Below are positions 19,401-28,236 of a stretch of DNA of 64,000 nucleotides, piece after piece. Below the pieces are notes generated by a model. That model ran no database searches, had not been told where the DNA came from, and worked only from the letters and a program-made list of their open reading frames with translations. The translations under genes and the position numbers were made by a program. Origin of the DNA: a virus. The stretch covers positions 32,001-96,000 of IMG/VR virus record IMGVR_UViG_3300032770_000005, one strand, 5' to 3'. Positions within the stretch are counted from its first letter, which is position 1, and each line of letters starts with the position of its first letter.

Positions 19401-19733
19401 GTGCGCCACGCCAGTGTTCAGGTCCCCGGGCGCGTGCTGTCAGTGCTGGTGCCCGAGACGTCCGCCGAGTTCCGCGACGGGGTGAACACGAGGGACTTCC
19501 GCGGCTACGACGGCATGCTGTTCGACTACCGCAGCCCGCAGCTCGTGGCGATCACCATGGAACAGACGCCCATCCCGCTTCAGCTGACGTTCTTCGGCGC
19601 GGACCGGCTCGCGCACACGGTCATTGCGGCCCCGCCCTTCAGCGGCATCTATCGGGCAAACTGGCCGTCGCGGTGGGTCATGGAGACGCGCACGCCCACG
19701 TACCGCGTCGGCGATGAGTTGCGTGTGTTGTGA
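19401..19733 (+). CDS. DUF192-family protein
   Basis: GMLFDY...MEQTPIPLQLTF...WVMET...VGDEL. Confidence 0.75.
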   Translation: MRHASVQVPGRVLSVLVPETSAEFRDGVNTRDFRGYDGMLFDYRSPQLVAITMEQTPIPLQLTFFGADRLAHTVIAAPPFSGIYRANWPSRWVMETRTPTYRVGDELRVL

Positions 19734-19776
19734 GAACCTTGACGCCGCTGCCACGGCAAGGTACACGCGTTCTCTT

Positions 19777-20235
19777 GTGAGCGACGTGCGCCCGGAGATC
19801 GTCTCGTTCGCCTGGCTGATGGAGCAGAAGCTCCGACAGAGCGACGTGGCGGACGCGGACGAGCGCGAGGCCGAGCAGATGGTGACGCGGCTGATGGCAT
19901 CGTCGCGTGAGCTGGTCTCGGCGATGCGCCGGAAGTCCGGAGTGGACGTCATTCGTCGCGAGGCCGCGGGGCTCGCCACCGACGCCATGAAGATCGCGTC
20001 GTTTGCAGAGCGCGTCGACGGCTACGACGGGCCGGACGTGTTCGAGCTGTTGAAGGGGAACAGCGCCGTCGTCTTCGACCGTGACGGGGAGGTCGTTGCG
20101 GCGGTGATCCCGGGCCCGCCTAGCGACGACATCGTCAGTCGCGGCGCGCTGATCGCTGCATGGCTGATGTGTGTGGACCGCGACAAGCTCGACGTGCTGG
20201 TGGCGGAGATCTTCCCGTCCGGAGCGAAGAGCTGA
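19777..20235 (+). CDS. hypothetical protein
   Basis: VRPEIVSFAWLMEQKLR; follows the third promoter-like copy (19733-19767). Confidence 0.6.
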   Translation: MSDVRPEIVSFAWLMEQKLRQSDVADADEREAEQMVTRLMASSRELVSAMRRKSGVDVIRREAAGLATDAMKIASFAERVDGYDGPDVFELLKGNSAVVFDRDGEVVAAVIPGPPSDDIVSRGALIAAWLMCVDRDKLDVLVAEIFPSGAKS

Positions 20236-20489
20236 TGGCGATGTCTCTCGTCGAGCGCGTTCGCAGGTTCAAGAACACGACCGGCACGTGCTCGTGGGGC
20301 GGCGCGCACGCAGGGCTCCATCCGGATGCGTGCGTCTGCAATCGAGAACCGGATGCGTATCCGGGGACGCCGCACACGCACTACGATGAGCCGCCGCACG
20401 AGTGTGCGCGCTGCGGGTGCACGGCGTACCAGCCGTGGCTCACGCTCGACTTCGTCATCCCGGGTCTGACCGTGGAGCCTACGACATGA
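20235..20489 (+). CDS. Cys/His-rich small protein
   Basis: HECARCGCTAY. Confidence 0.55.
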   Translation: MAMSLVERVRRFKNTTGTCSWGGAHAGLHPDACVCNREPDAYPGTPHTHYDEPPHECARCGCTAYQPWLTLDFVIPGLTVEPTT

Positions 20490-21265
20490 TTCCGCTCGAA
20501 CGCCTCGATGCCCTTGATGCCGCGATCGAGCGCGGGGAAGTGCTGCGTGGTGAGTGGACTTGCGAGGAGGACGGGCGCCAGCTGGCGTGTCTGCTCGCGC
20601 ATGTCTCGCCTGAGGTGGCGACGGCGAAGTCGGTGTCCGCCTGCCCCGCCAAAACGCTCGACCCGTGGTTCGCGCATCTGCTGCTGTACATCGACGATGA
20701 GTGCTCGCTCGAACGTCGCGACGAGTTCCTGCGACGCACGGCAGCAGTGCTACGGCAGTGGCACCGGCTATCCACGGAGACGCGCCGGCGGCTCGACTAC
20801 GAATGCAGAGCGGTTGCGGTCCGTGAGGTGAGGCCACACGTGCCGCTGAGCGAGGCGCAGATGATTGTGGCGATCGACAGCGCCCTCTTGCTGATTGCCA
20901 GAGCATGCGCAGGCGAGGTACTCAGCGAGCAGGAAGGGGAGGCGGTGCGCTGTTCGTTGTTCGCCGTAGACGAGGCGATGCAGTTGGCAGCGACGGCGGC
21001 GGTCCGGTCGGTGGCAGCTAGCGCGTTGCCGTGGGCAGAGCGAGCGGTGTGGTCGTCGTCGTCGACGGTGGATCCCGCGGCAGCTGCGAATGCTGCGCGA
21101 GCGGCAACGCGAGCGGTGGTGGCATTCGCGTTCGATGTGCTGGAGCCGGCAGGCTCGGCGGCGGCGGTCGCGGCGTGGACTGCGTCCGCAGAGGCGTCCG
21201 CAGATCGAATGATCAACCAGATGCTCTCCGCCATGGAGCGGGAGTGCGCGAAGGTGGCGGCGTGA
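20486..21265 (+). CDS. paralog family 'MIPxERLDAL', copy 3
   Basis: Conserved N-half and DRMINQMLSAMERECAKV end. Confidence 0.8.
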   Translation: MIPLERLDALDAAIERGEVLRGEWTCEEDGRQLACLLAHVSPEVATAKSVSACPAKTLDPWFAHLLLYIDDECSLERRDEFLRRTAAVLRQWHRLSTETRRRLDYECRAVAVREVRPHVPLSEAQMIVAIDSALLLIARACAGEVLSEQEGEAVRCSLFAVDEAMQLAATAAVRSVAASALPWAERAVWSSSSTVDPAAAANAARAATRAVVAFAFDVLEPAGSAAAVAAWTASAEASADRMINQMLSAMERECAKVAA

Positions 21266-21582
21266 TCTCCGTGGTCGACGTCGCAACGGAGAAGGAGTTC
21301 CTCGACCGCGCGACGGCCGCCGGCACTACGGTCCACGTTCTTCGGACCACCGCGGTTGCTCCTGTGCCGCTCGGAGGCGGGACAGTGCTCCTGCGTTCTG
21401 CCATCGCGCTCCAGTACTCGTTCGAGACCCATTCCGAGAACGGTGATACGCGGTGGGTGTATCGCGAGCGCTGCGTCGCGGATGAGCATGGCATCGTGGA
21501 CCTCTCGAACGTTTTGCTCACGCGGATCGCGGACGCAGGCGTTCCTACGGTCGTGTTCACGCAGCGCAGCGGGTCGCTATGA
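21262..21582 (+). CDS. hypothetical protein
   Basis: Coupled at both ends. Confidence 0.6.
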   Translation: MISVVDVATEKEFLDRATAAGTTVHVLRTTAVAPVPLGGGTVLLRSAIALQYSFETHSENGDTRWVYRERCVADEHGIVDLSNVLLTRIADAGVPTVVFTQRSGSL

Positions 21583-22385
21583 TTCCGGTCGAACGCCTCG
21601 ACGCCCTTGATGCCGCGATCGAGCGCGATGAGGTGCCGCTTGCATGGAAGAAAGAGCAGGGCGGACGGGTACTCTTGTCCTTCCTCGCTCACCTTTCTCC
21701 GGTGTTTGCGGCGCAACCGTCTTGGGGGCTCCTGACGAGCCGACCCGGCGACTCGTTCTACTACGGCTTGGTCGAGGGGACGCTCGACCCGTGGCTTGCT
21801 GAGCTACTTGAGTGGATCACGCGTACCGGCTCGCCTGAGCGGCGCGACCGCGTTCTGCGTCGCACGGCGGCAGTGCTGCGGCGCTGGGACGCGCTGTCGG
21901 CAGAGACGCGACGCCAGCTCGACTACGAGTGCAGGGCGATCGTGGTGCGCGAGGCTAGACAGCACGTACCGGAGAGTGAAGAGCGCTCGCTCGCGGCGAT
22001 CGACAACGTGCTCGCGTTGCTCGATCGCGCGATCGCTGGTGGCGAGGTCGGCGAGCGGGAGTGGTCGGCGGTGGAGGCGAGCGGGATTGCAGAGGCGCAG
22101 GCATTGAGCGCACGAGGGGGGAGCGTTCGCGCGCGAGGAGGGGACATTCATGACATTCGCGTAGCGTGGCAGGCTACACAGGCCGCATACGTTGCGTGCG
22201 AGCGGTTGCCAAGGGCCGCCAAGTACGCAGTGTATCGTGCAGTAGATGCGGCGCCGTTGACACTGGTACCGCGGCCGCCTGACGGGACACATTGGTACTT
22301 TTATGCACAATGTGTAGTTGCCGACCGGATCATAGACCAGATGCTCACCGCCATGGAGCGCGAATGCGCGAAGGTGACGACATGA
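21579..22385 (+). CDS. paralog family 'MIPxERLDAL', copy 4 (divergent lower-GC variable segment)
   Basis: Same framework; segment about 22090-22320 is AT-richer. Confidence 0.75.
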   Translation: MIPVERLDALDAAIERDEVPLAWKKEQGGRVLLSFLAHLSPVFAAQPSWGLLTSRPGDSFYYGLVEGTLDPWLAELLEWITRTGSPERRDRVLRRTAAVLRRWDALSAETRRQLDYECRAIVVREARQHVPESEERSLAAIDNVLALLDRAIAGGEVGEREWSAVEASGIAEAQALSARGGSVRARGGDIHDIRVAWQATQAAYVACERLPRAAKYAVYRAVDAAPLTLVPRPPDGTHWYFYAQCVVADRIIDQMLTAMERECAKVTT

Positions 22386-23275
22386 GTCAGCCCGTGTGGC
22401 GTGAGTTCCGTGGGTACTCCGGATGTCTGGTCGCAGGCAGCCTGCGCGTGCTCGATCCACGTCATCCGAGCGAGCACTTCTCGTGCGCGGCGTACCTGAC
22501 GGCGCAGGTCGAAGCTCCCTACTACGGCATGGTGCAGTCCTACGACGGTGCCGGCATCAGCGCTGGGCTCTTGCACAGCATCCTCATCTATCCCGCCACC
22601 ATGGAGCAGGGTGAACTGGGGCCGGTGACGGCATCGCTGCTCGACGCGCTCGGGCCAAGCGGCACCTCGCTCACGAGCCTGCTCGCGGCACAGGGCTGGC
22701 ACCTCGACCAGGGCGGCGTCTTCCGTGACGCGTCCGGCGCGGCGGTATCTGGACAAGCGCTCCGCAACTGGGCCGCGCCGCCTGACGGCAAGGTGCCGCA
22801 GTCGGGGCCCGAGTGGGATCAGGCATGCCAGGTCGCCTCCGCGTTCCATGCCTGCTTTTCGGACCCTGTCGGATTCGACGTCCAGGAGCAGCAGGCCGTG
22901 AAGTGGCTGCTCGCACGCTGCGGGCACGGCGTCGCGCTGAGCGCGTATCAGCACTTCCTGCCGGCCGGCAAAGCGCTGGACGGTCTCGCCGTCGCGGACC
23001 TGCCGCCGCCGGTGCACGTCGCCATGTGCGTCTTCAACAGTTTTCTCGTGAACAGTCCGGCAGTCGCGCTGCGCTGCTTGTCGGTGACGAGCCTGAACCA
23101 AGACCCGTCGTCGTTCGCGCACCAGCTGATCCGACGGCTCGGGACCGAGGGGCGCGACGTCTGGCACGACCAGCCGGGCGACGGGAACGACCGCTACGAT
23201 CGCACGCGCGTCGCGGCGTGGATGCGGCCAGATCTGTTCCCCGGCTGCCACGACCTGATGCCGCAGGACCTGTAG
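22382..23275 (+). CDS. possible peptidoglycan hydrolase (lysozyme-like)
   Basis: VE..YG.VQSYDGAGISAGLLH resembles the E..(F/Y)..V..YD...S.G motif of phage lysozyme-like proteins. Confidence 0.45.
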   Translation: MSQPVWREFRGYSGCLVAGSLRVLDPRHPSEHFSCAAYLTAQVEAPYYGMVQSYDGAGISAGLLHSILIYPATMEQGELGPVTASLLDALGPSGTSLTSLLAAQGWHLDQGGVFRDASGAAVSGQALRNWAAPPDGKVPQSGPEWDQACQVASAFHACFSDPVGFDVQEQQAVKWLLARCGHGVALSAYQHFLPAGKALDGLAVADLPPPVHVAMCVFNSFLVNSPAVALRCLSVTSLNQDPSSFAHQLIRRLGTEGRDVWHDQPGDGNDRYDRTRVAAWMRPDLFPGCHDLMPQDL

Positions 23276-23533
23276 GTGAGCGAGCCGGTCCCCGTGTTTC
23301 TGGGTCCCGTGCTCCTCGGCCGTCGCGTCGAGCTGGTGCTGGCCGGCAGCTACAAGGAGGAGCGTGGCGTCGTGATCGGGCTGTCGCCGCACAGGTCCAT
23401 CCGGCTCGTGCCGGAGCATGCTGCGCGATACGACGCGAAGATCGGCGCCTGGCTGCCGACGAGGCCGCTGTCGGGCGAGTGGGTCCGCCATCGAAACGAG
23501 CTGCTGCGTGTCACCGTGCTCGACGTTCCGTGA
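23276..23533 (+). CDS. hypothetical protein
   Basis: Codon usage. Confidence 0.5.
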   Translation: MSEPVPVFLGPVLLGRRVELVLAGSYKEERGVVIGLSPHRSIRLVPEHAARYDAKIGAWLPTRPLSGEWVRHRNELLRVTVLDVP

Positions 23534-23539
23534 GCCGAC

Positions 23540-23588
23540 GCGAGTGAGTTGAAAGAACCTTGACGCCGCGCCCGCGACTACGTAGAGT
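23540..23588 (+). promoter_or_regulatory. sigma70-like promoter TTGACG-N17-TAGAGT heading the operon that ends in cas12 and the array
   Basis: -35 at 23560-23565, -10 at 23583-23588; upstream 19 nt identical to 15248-15266. Confidence 0.6.
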
Positions 23589-23606
23589 CGGCGTTGCGGA
23601 GTCAAG

Positions 23607-23813
23607 GTGAAGTCCGAGCACGACATGGATGAGGCGAAGGAGGCGGAGCACGCGCGCCGGTCCTTGGCACTCGCTGCTGGCGTGTGGCTCACCATCGGCG
23701 TCGTCACGATCGTCCTCCTTTCTGCCAGCATCGATCCACCGTGGCCGCGGTGGCTGGTTGGCGGATCATTCTTCGTGGCCGGCTGCTGGGCGCAGTGGAA
23801 GTCGCTGCCGTGA
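23607..23813 (+). CDS. small 2-TM protein
   Basis: Two hydrophobic helices. Confidence 0.55.
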   Translation: MKSEHDMDEAKEAEHARRSLALAAGVWLTIGVVTIVLLSASIDPPWPRWLVGGSFFVAGCWAQWKSLP

Positions 23814-24577
23814 CGCCGGAACGCAAGGCCGAGTGCTACCGCATCGTCAGCGAGCGGTTCGCCGCGGGCGAGTACGACTACGTGAGCCGAGATCTGCTCG
23901 ACGCCCTCGACGAGGCGCTCGCGGTGCAGGTGAGCATCGCGGAGGCCATGGGCCGCGAACCTTCGGACGGCAGCGACCTCGTGGAAGCCGTGCGACGGCT
24001 GGTGCGAGAGCGAGGCGAAGCGCTCGAAGACGCCACGCTGTGGCGGCAAGAGCAGGCGGAGATCGACGCAGATCAGAGCGCGGTTGACGACTGGCTCGCC
24101 GAGAACGCGCGCATCCGCGCCATGCCGGAGGCCGAGCGAACCGCCGCCGTCGCCGATGCGGTTGCCCGCGGCGTGTTCGAGGACGAGTCAGATCCGTCCC
24201 GGTACGTCGACATCGAGAACCACACGAAGCAGATCGCGGCGGCGATGCCTGCGTTTGTTCGCGCGCTCACGGCCGAGAAGGAGCAGCGTCGTCGGGCGGA
24301 GAAGGCCGAGCGCGAGCGCGATGAGGCGCGGCAAGCGGCCGAGACGTGGGAGCGTAACGAGACGCAGGCTCTCGTCGACGGGGCACGGATGCAGGAGCGC
24401 GCAGAGCGAGCCGAAGCCGCACTGCGCGACACGTGCGTCCGGGTCGCGGACGCGGTGCGGTTCGCCGTGATCCTGCGAGGGGCCGCGCCGCCCTCCGACG
24501 AGGACCTTGCGGCGATCGTGGACAACGTGCTCCGAGGTCAGCGGGGGACGACGACGACGCGTGGAGGTGGTCAGTGA
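23810..24577 (+). CDS. coiled-coil hypothetical protein
   Basis: GTGA-coupled; AERERDEAR and RAERAEA phage-type coiled coil. Confidence 0.65.
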   Translation: MTPERKAECYRIVSERFAAGEYDYVSRDLLDALDEALAVQVSIAEAMGREPSDGSDLVEAVRRLVRERGEALEDATLWRQEQAEIDADQSAVDDWLAENARIRAMPEAERTAAVADAVARGVFEDESDPSRYVDIENHTKQIAAAMPAFVRALTAEKEQRRRAEKAERERDEARQAAETWERNETQALVDGARMQERAERAEAALRDTCVRVADAVRFAVILRGAAPPSDEDLAAIVDNVLRGQRGTTTTRGGGQ

Positions 24578-24921
24578 CCTCGGAAGAACGTGAAGCCAGC
24601 ATTCGAGACATGTGCACGCTCGTGCTCGCGGGCGAGCGCGTGCCAGCGGCGTGGGGAGACGTGGCGTTCTTGCTCACTCTGCTCGACGCCGCCCGGAAGC
24701 AGTCGGTCGTCACCGAGCAAGGCCCGGCGGGCGCGTGGAGCGAGACCGGAACCGTCATCGAGCGCGCCCATCAGGCGGGCAAGGTAGGCGACTTCGCGGC
24801 ACTCGTGAGGCTGTGCCTGGACCGCGGGACGGATGCGCTCTTCTACGCAGTGTCCGAGGGCGGCAGCGTGTTCTGCTTCGCCGAGAGCGACATCGTCGAC
24901 CTGCTGGCGGCGGATGACTGA
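24574..24921 (+). CDS. hypothetical protein
   Basis: RBS GGAGG, coupled. Confidence 0.55.
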   Translation: MTSEEREASIRDMCTLVLAGERVPAAWGDVAFLLTLLDAARKQSVVTEQGPAGAWSETGTVIERAHQAGKVGDFAALVRLCLDRGTDALFYAVSEGGSVFCFAESDIVDLLAADD

Positions 24922-25352
24922 TGAACGCGCCCGACATGACGTCCCTCTCGCGCCGAGATCGCGCCGCCATCTTGCTGGCGTTGACGTGGATTCGCGTCAC
25001 GCCTGGTCGCGGTGGCGGTCCGCTGCTGGCGCGGGAGCAGGCGTGCGAAGCGCTGCGGATGGGAGGCAAGGGGGCGAAGGCGATCGCTGAGGCCGTGGCC
25101 AGCGCGAACTCGGAACTGGCGTCCGAGATGGCACGCAACGGCGACTTGTCATCGGAGGCACGCTATCTGGACGTGCTCGCCACGAACCGGCGGCTGGTCC
25201 GCGCCCGCCTCGCGCTCTTCCTGCGGACCGTCGTGCGCGTTGACGACGACGATTACGGATGTTGGGACGGAGACCGCGGTGGATGGTTGCCGCGGCCGTA
25301 TCATGCTCTCTGGGAATCCGCACCACCGCATCGAAAGAAGGTCAGCCAATGA
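24921..25352 (+). CDS. hypothetical protein directly upstream of cas12
   Basis: TGATG start; stop overlaps the cas12 ATG. Confidence 0.6.
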   Translation: MNAPDMTSLSRRDRAAILLALTWIRVTPGRGGGPLLAREQACEALRMGGKGAKAIAEAVASANSELASEMARNGDLSSEARYLDVLATNRRLVRARLALFLRTVVRVDDDDYGCWDGDRGGWLPRPYHALWESAPPHRKKVSQ

Positions 25353-27214
25353 GCGTCAAGGTCTATCGCTATGGTTTGGGCGCACCGGTCGAGAACGAAG
25401 CGTTGGTGCGGGCGCAGCTGCGTGCGGCGCATCACTACCGCAACGCGCTCGTCGAGGTCGAGCGGTGGCGCCGCGCCGAGCACCGACGACTGCTCGGTGC
25501 GCATCCGGGCGTCGGGCCGGCGGAGGCCGCGGTGACGCTCGCCCATGCGGTGCTCGACGAGGCGTTGACCGCCGTCAAGCGCGTGAAGGGGGCGAGTCGC
25601 AGCGGTGCGGTGCCGTCGGAGTTGCGCGCTGCGCTCCATGTGGCGCGCTCCCGCAAGGCCGATGCCGTGCGAGCGTTCCGAGAGGCGCGAGCGGCGCTGC
25701 GCGGAGACGAAGCGCTGAACGCCGAGCGGGCGCGCGTCGACGAGACGGCTGCTCAGCGGCGGAAGGCCCTCCGAGCGTCCTGCGGCGTCTACTGGGGCAC
25801 GTACCTCGGGATCGAAGCGGCGGATGAGCAGTCGCGCAAGCAGCCGCTCTACGACGGCGCGGAGCCGCTCGACCCGCGGTTCATGCCGTGGACGGGCGAA
25901 GGACGTGTCGGCGTTCAGTTCCAGGGCGGCCTCGCGGTCGACCAGGTGGTGGACGACACGCGCATGAGGATCGAGGACGCGCAGCCGGTGCGCGTCTCAA
26001 AGCTCGGGCGCGTGCTGCCTCAGCGTGATCCGTCGAGCAAGCGATCCGCCCTCCGCCGCTACGCGACGCTCGCGCTGCGCGTCGGGTCCGACGACGATCG
26101 TGGGCCCGTGTGGGCTCGCTGGCCGCTCGTGCTGCACCGGCCGCTCCCCGAGGGCGGCGTCCTCAAGTGGGCACACGTCTCGCTCCGGCGGATCGGTCCG
26201 CGCGAGGAGTGGTCGCTGCTTTGCACCGTCGAGAGCGAGGACCGTCGCCCGCTGCCGCCGCTCGAAGCCGGAGCGGTCGCGGTCGATCTCGGGTGGCGGC
26301 AGATGGACGACGGCTCCGTGCGCGTCGCCTACTGGCTGGGCCAGGACGGGCAGGAGGGCGAACTGCGGCTCTCGCCGCGCGACCTCTCCGGGCTCTCGAA
26401 GGCGGACGAGGTGCGGGCTGTCCGCGACCGCGCCTTCGATGCCGCGCGCCGCGAGCTGCGTGAGTGGCTCGCCACGAACCCTGGTCGACCGTGGCTGAGG
26501 ACGAGGTGCGAGTGGATCGACCGGTGGAAGGCGCCGGGCCGGCTCGCCGCGACGGTCGTGCAGTGGCGCGCGGACGGCTTCCGCTTCGAGGGCGACAAGG
26601 AGATCTTCGTGAAGCTCGAAGCGTGGCGCAAGCAGGACAAGCACCTCTGGTGCTGGGAGACGTCGCAGCGCACGGGCGCGCTGCGAGCGAGGAAGGATCT
26701 GTACCGCCGCTTCGCGTGTGACCTGGCGCGTCGCTACCGCACGCTCGTGATCGAAGACTTCGACATGCGCGAGGTGTCGCGCCGACCTGCCGCGGACGAA
26801 GCGGCCGGCAACGCTGCCGCGCGGTCGATGAGGCAGCGGGCAGCGCCGAGCGAGGCTCGTCTCGCGCTCGTGCACGCGTTCCGCGACGTGTCGAAGCAGG
26901 ACCCCGCCGACACGACCCACGACTGCCACTCGTGCGGGTCGCGCGAGCAGTTCGATCAGGCGGCCGAGCTGGTCCATCGCTGCGGAGCGTGCGGCACCGA
27001 GTGGGACCAGGACCGGAACGCGGCTATCAACCTGATGCGTCGCGCGAGCGATGCCGGTGCTCTCGGAGAAGGCGGGGTCGCTCGCGAGCCGCGAGAGGCC
27101 AACGATTTCGAGGCGAAGCCCGCGGGCCGATGGGCGCGAGCGAAGGCGAAGAAGGCCGCTCGCATCGCGCAACAGGCGACCGCTCGCGAAGCGGCGCCCA
27201 GTGACGCGGAATGA
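25349..27214 (+). CDS. cas12m: compact type V CRISPR effector, Cas12m/V-U1 (C2c4)-like, 621 aa
   Basis: VYRYGL..QLRAAHHYRNALVE; YWGTY; GEGRVGVQ; LHRPLP; RuvC-I VAVDLGWR (D313); WKAPGRLA; RKDLYRRFA; RuvC-II LVIED (E469); Zn finger CHSC/CGAC; RuvC-III WDQDRNAA (D555); adjacent array. Subtype recognised from memory of the family, not by search. Confidence 0.85.
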   Translation: MSVKVYRYGLGAPVENEALVRAQLRAAHHYRNALVEVERWRRAEHRRLLGAHPGVGPAEAAVTLAHAVLDEALTAVKRVKGASRSGAVPSELRAALHVARSRKADAVRAFREARAALRGDEALNAERARVDETAAQRRKALRASCGVYWGTYLGIEAADEQSRKQPLYDGAEPLDPRFMPWTGEGRVGVQFQGGLAVDQVVDDTRMRIEDAQPVRVSKLGRVLPQRDPSSKRSALRRYATLALRVGSDDDRGPVWARWPLVLHRPLPEGGVLKWAHVSLRRIGPREEWSLLCTVESEDRRPLPPLEAGAVAVDLGWRQMDDGSVRVAYWLGQDGQEGELRLSPRDLSGLSKADEVRAVRDRAFDAARRELREWLATNPGRPWLRTRCEWIDRWKAPGRLAATVVQWRADGFRFEGDKEIFVKLEAWRKQDKHLWCWETSQRTGALRARKDLYRRFACDLARRYRTLVIEDFDMREVSRRPAADEAAGNAAARSMRQRAAPSEARLALVHAFRDVSKQDPADTTHDCHSCGSREQFDQAAELVHRCGACGTEWDQDRNAAINLMRRASDAGALGEGGVAREPREANDFEAKPAGRWARAKAKKAARIAQQATAREAAPSDAE

Positions 27215-27233
27215 TGGCGGATGCGAGCGGTCA

Positions 27234-28206
27234 GTTGCAGGGCCAGCGCGGGGGCCGAGTGCCTGCGACGCGTCCGCGAGCCCAACGACGCGATCCGCCT
27301 GCGCTGGCGTTGCAGGGCCAGCGCGGGGGCCGAGTGCCTGCGACGGGCGATCTCCGCGGCGTTCCGTCGCCGCTAAATCAGCGGGTTGCAGGGCCAGCGC
27401 GGGGGCCGAGTGCCTGCGACACGCCTGCGGACCTTCGAGTTCGGCTGCATGTCGCGAAGTTGCAGGGCCAGCGCGGGGGCCGAGTGCCTGCGACGTTGAG
27501 CAGATTGAAGGTGTTCACCCGCTTCGTCGCGGTTGCAGGGCCAGCGCGGGGGCCGAGTGCCTGCGACGTGGAGGCGGCGAAGACGAGCCGCCGGGGAATC
27601 TTTAGTTTGCAGGGCCAGCGCAGGGGCCTGGTGCTTGCGACTTCTGTCCGTGCTGCGGGCACAAGCCTGCGGAGTAGAGGTGCGAGGCCGGCGCGGGGGC
27701 CTGGTGCTCGCGACCCTCGGTAGCAATCGACCTTCGCGAGCGCGAGCGCCCAGTTGCATGGCCAGCGCGGGGGCCGAGTGCCCGCGACACCTCGGTGATG
27801 TAGCGCTTAGCGCCCGCGTCGCAGGGCCAGCGCGGGGGCCGAGTACCTGCGACCTCTCCAACTGCTCTTGCTCGGTCACGGTGATCTCCTGTTGCAGGGC
27901 CAGCGCGGGGGCCGTGTGCCTGCGACAAACCCCGCGTCGATGAGATCGTACTCGCCCACTCCGGTCGCGAAGCCAGCGCAGGGGCTTTGTGCCTGCGACG
28001 CCAGGCTCGCGAAGGTTGGGCGTGTCGATAGGCCGGCGCGGGGGCCTTGTGCCTGCGACCGTAGGTAGTCCTTCGTGACGCCCAGCATCTGGGCGACGTT
28101 GCAGGGCCAGCGCGAGGGCTTGGTGCTCGCGACAGCCGCTTCACGATCTCGAAGACCCTCTTCTCGTTGTGTGGCGAGGCCTGCGCAGGGGCCTTGTGCC
28201 TGCGAC
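27234..28206 (+). CRISPR. main CRISPR array, 14 repeats and 13 spacers, repeat GTTGCAGGGCCAGCGCGGGGGCCGAGTGCCTGCGAC (36 nt)
   Basis: Repeats start at 27234, 27309, 27385, 27459, 27532 (identical), then variants at 27606, 27679, 27753, 27818, 27891, 27964, 28024, 28098, 28171; spacers mostly 37-40 nt (two of 29 and 24). Confidence 0.97.
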
Positions 28207-28236
28207 CTCACGCCGCAGGGTGCATGCCTCGCCCAC

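Noticed and set aside
15304-22385. Diversity-generating retroelement behind the variable paralogs
   Set aside because: No reverse transcriptase in the window and variation is not adenine-specific
25349-27214. IS605/IS607 TnpB transposon
   Set aside because: No TnpA or IS ends seen; protein is longer, has Cas12m-type motifs and abuts a true array
27298-27308. Anti-repeat/tracrRNA (CCTGCGCTGGC complementary to the repeat core)
   Set aside because: Only 11 GC-rich nt inside spacer 1; characterised Cas12m needs no tracrRNA
28060-28097. Self-targeting of the XRE gene (14-nt match TGCTGGGCGTCACG near 30012)
   Set aside because: Too short and in a generic HTH LGVT motif; no full self-match was spotted by eye, but the search was not exhaustive
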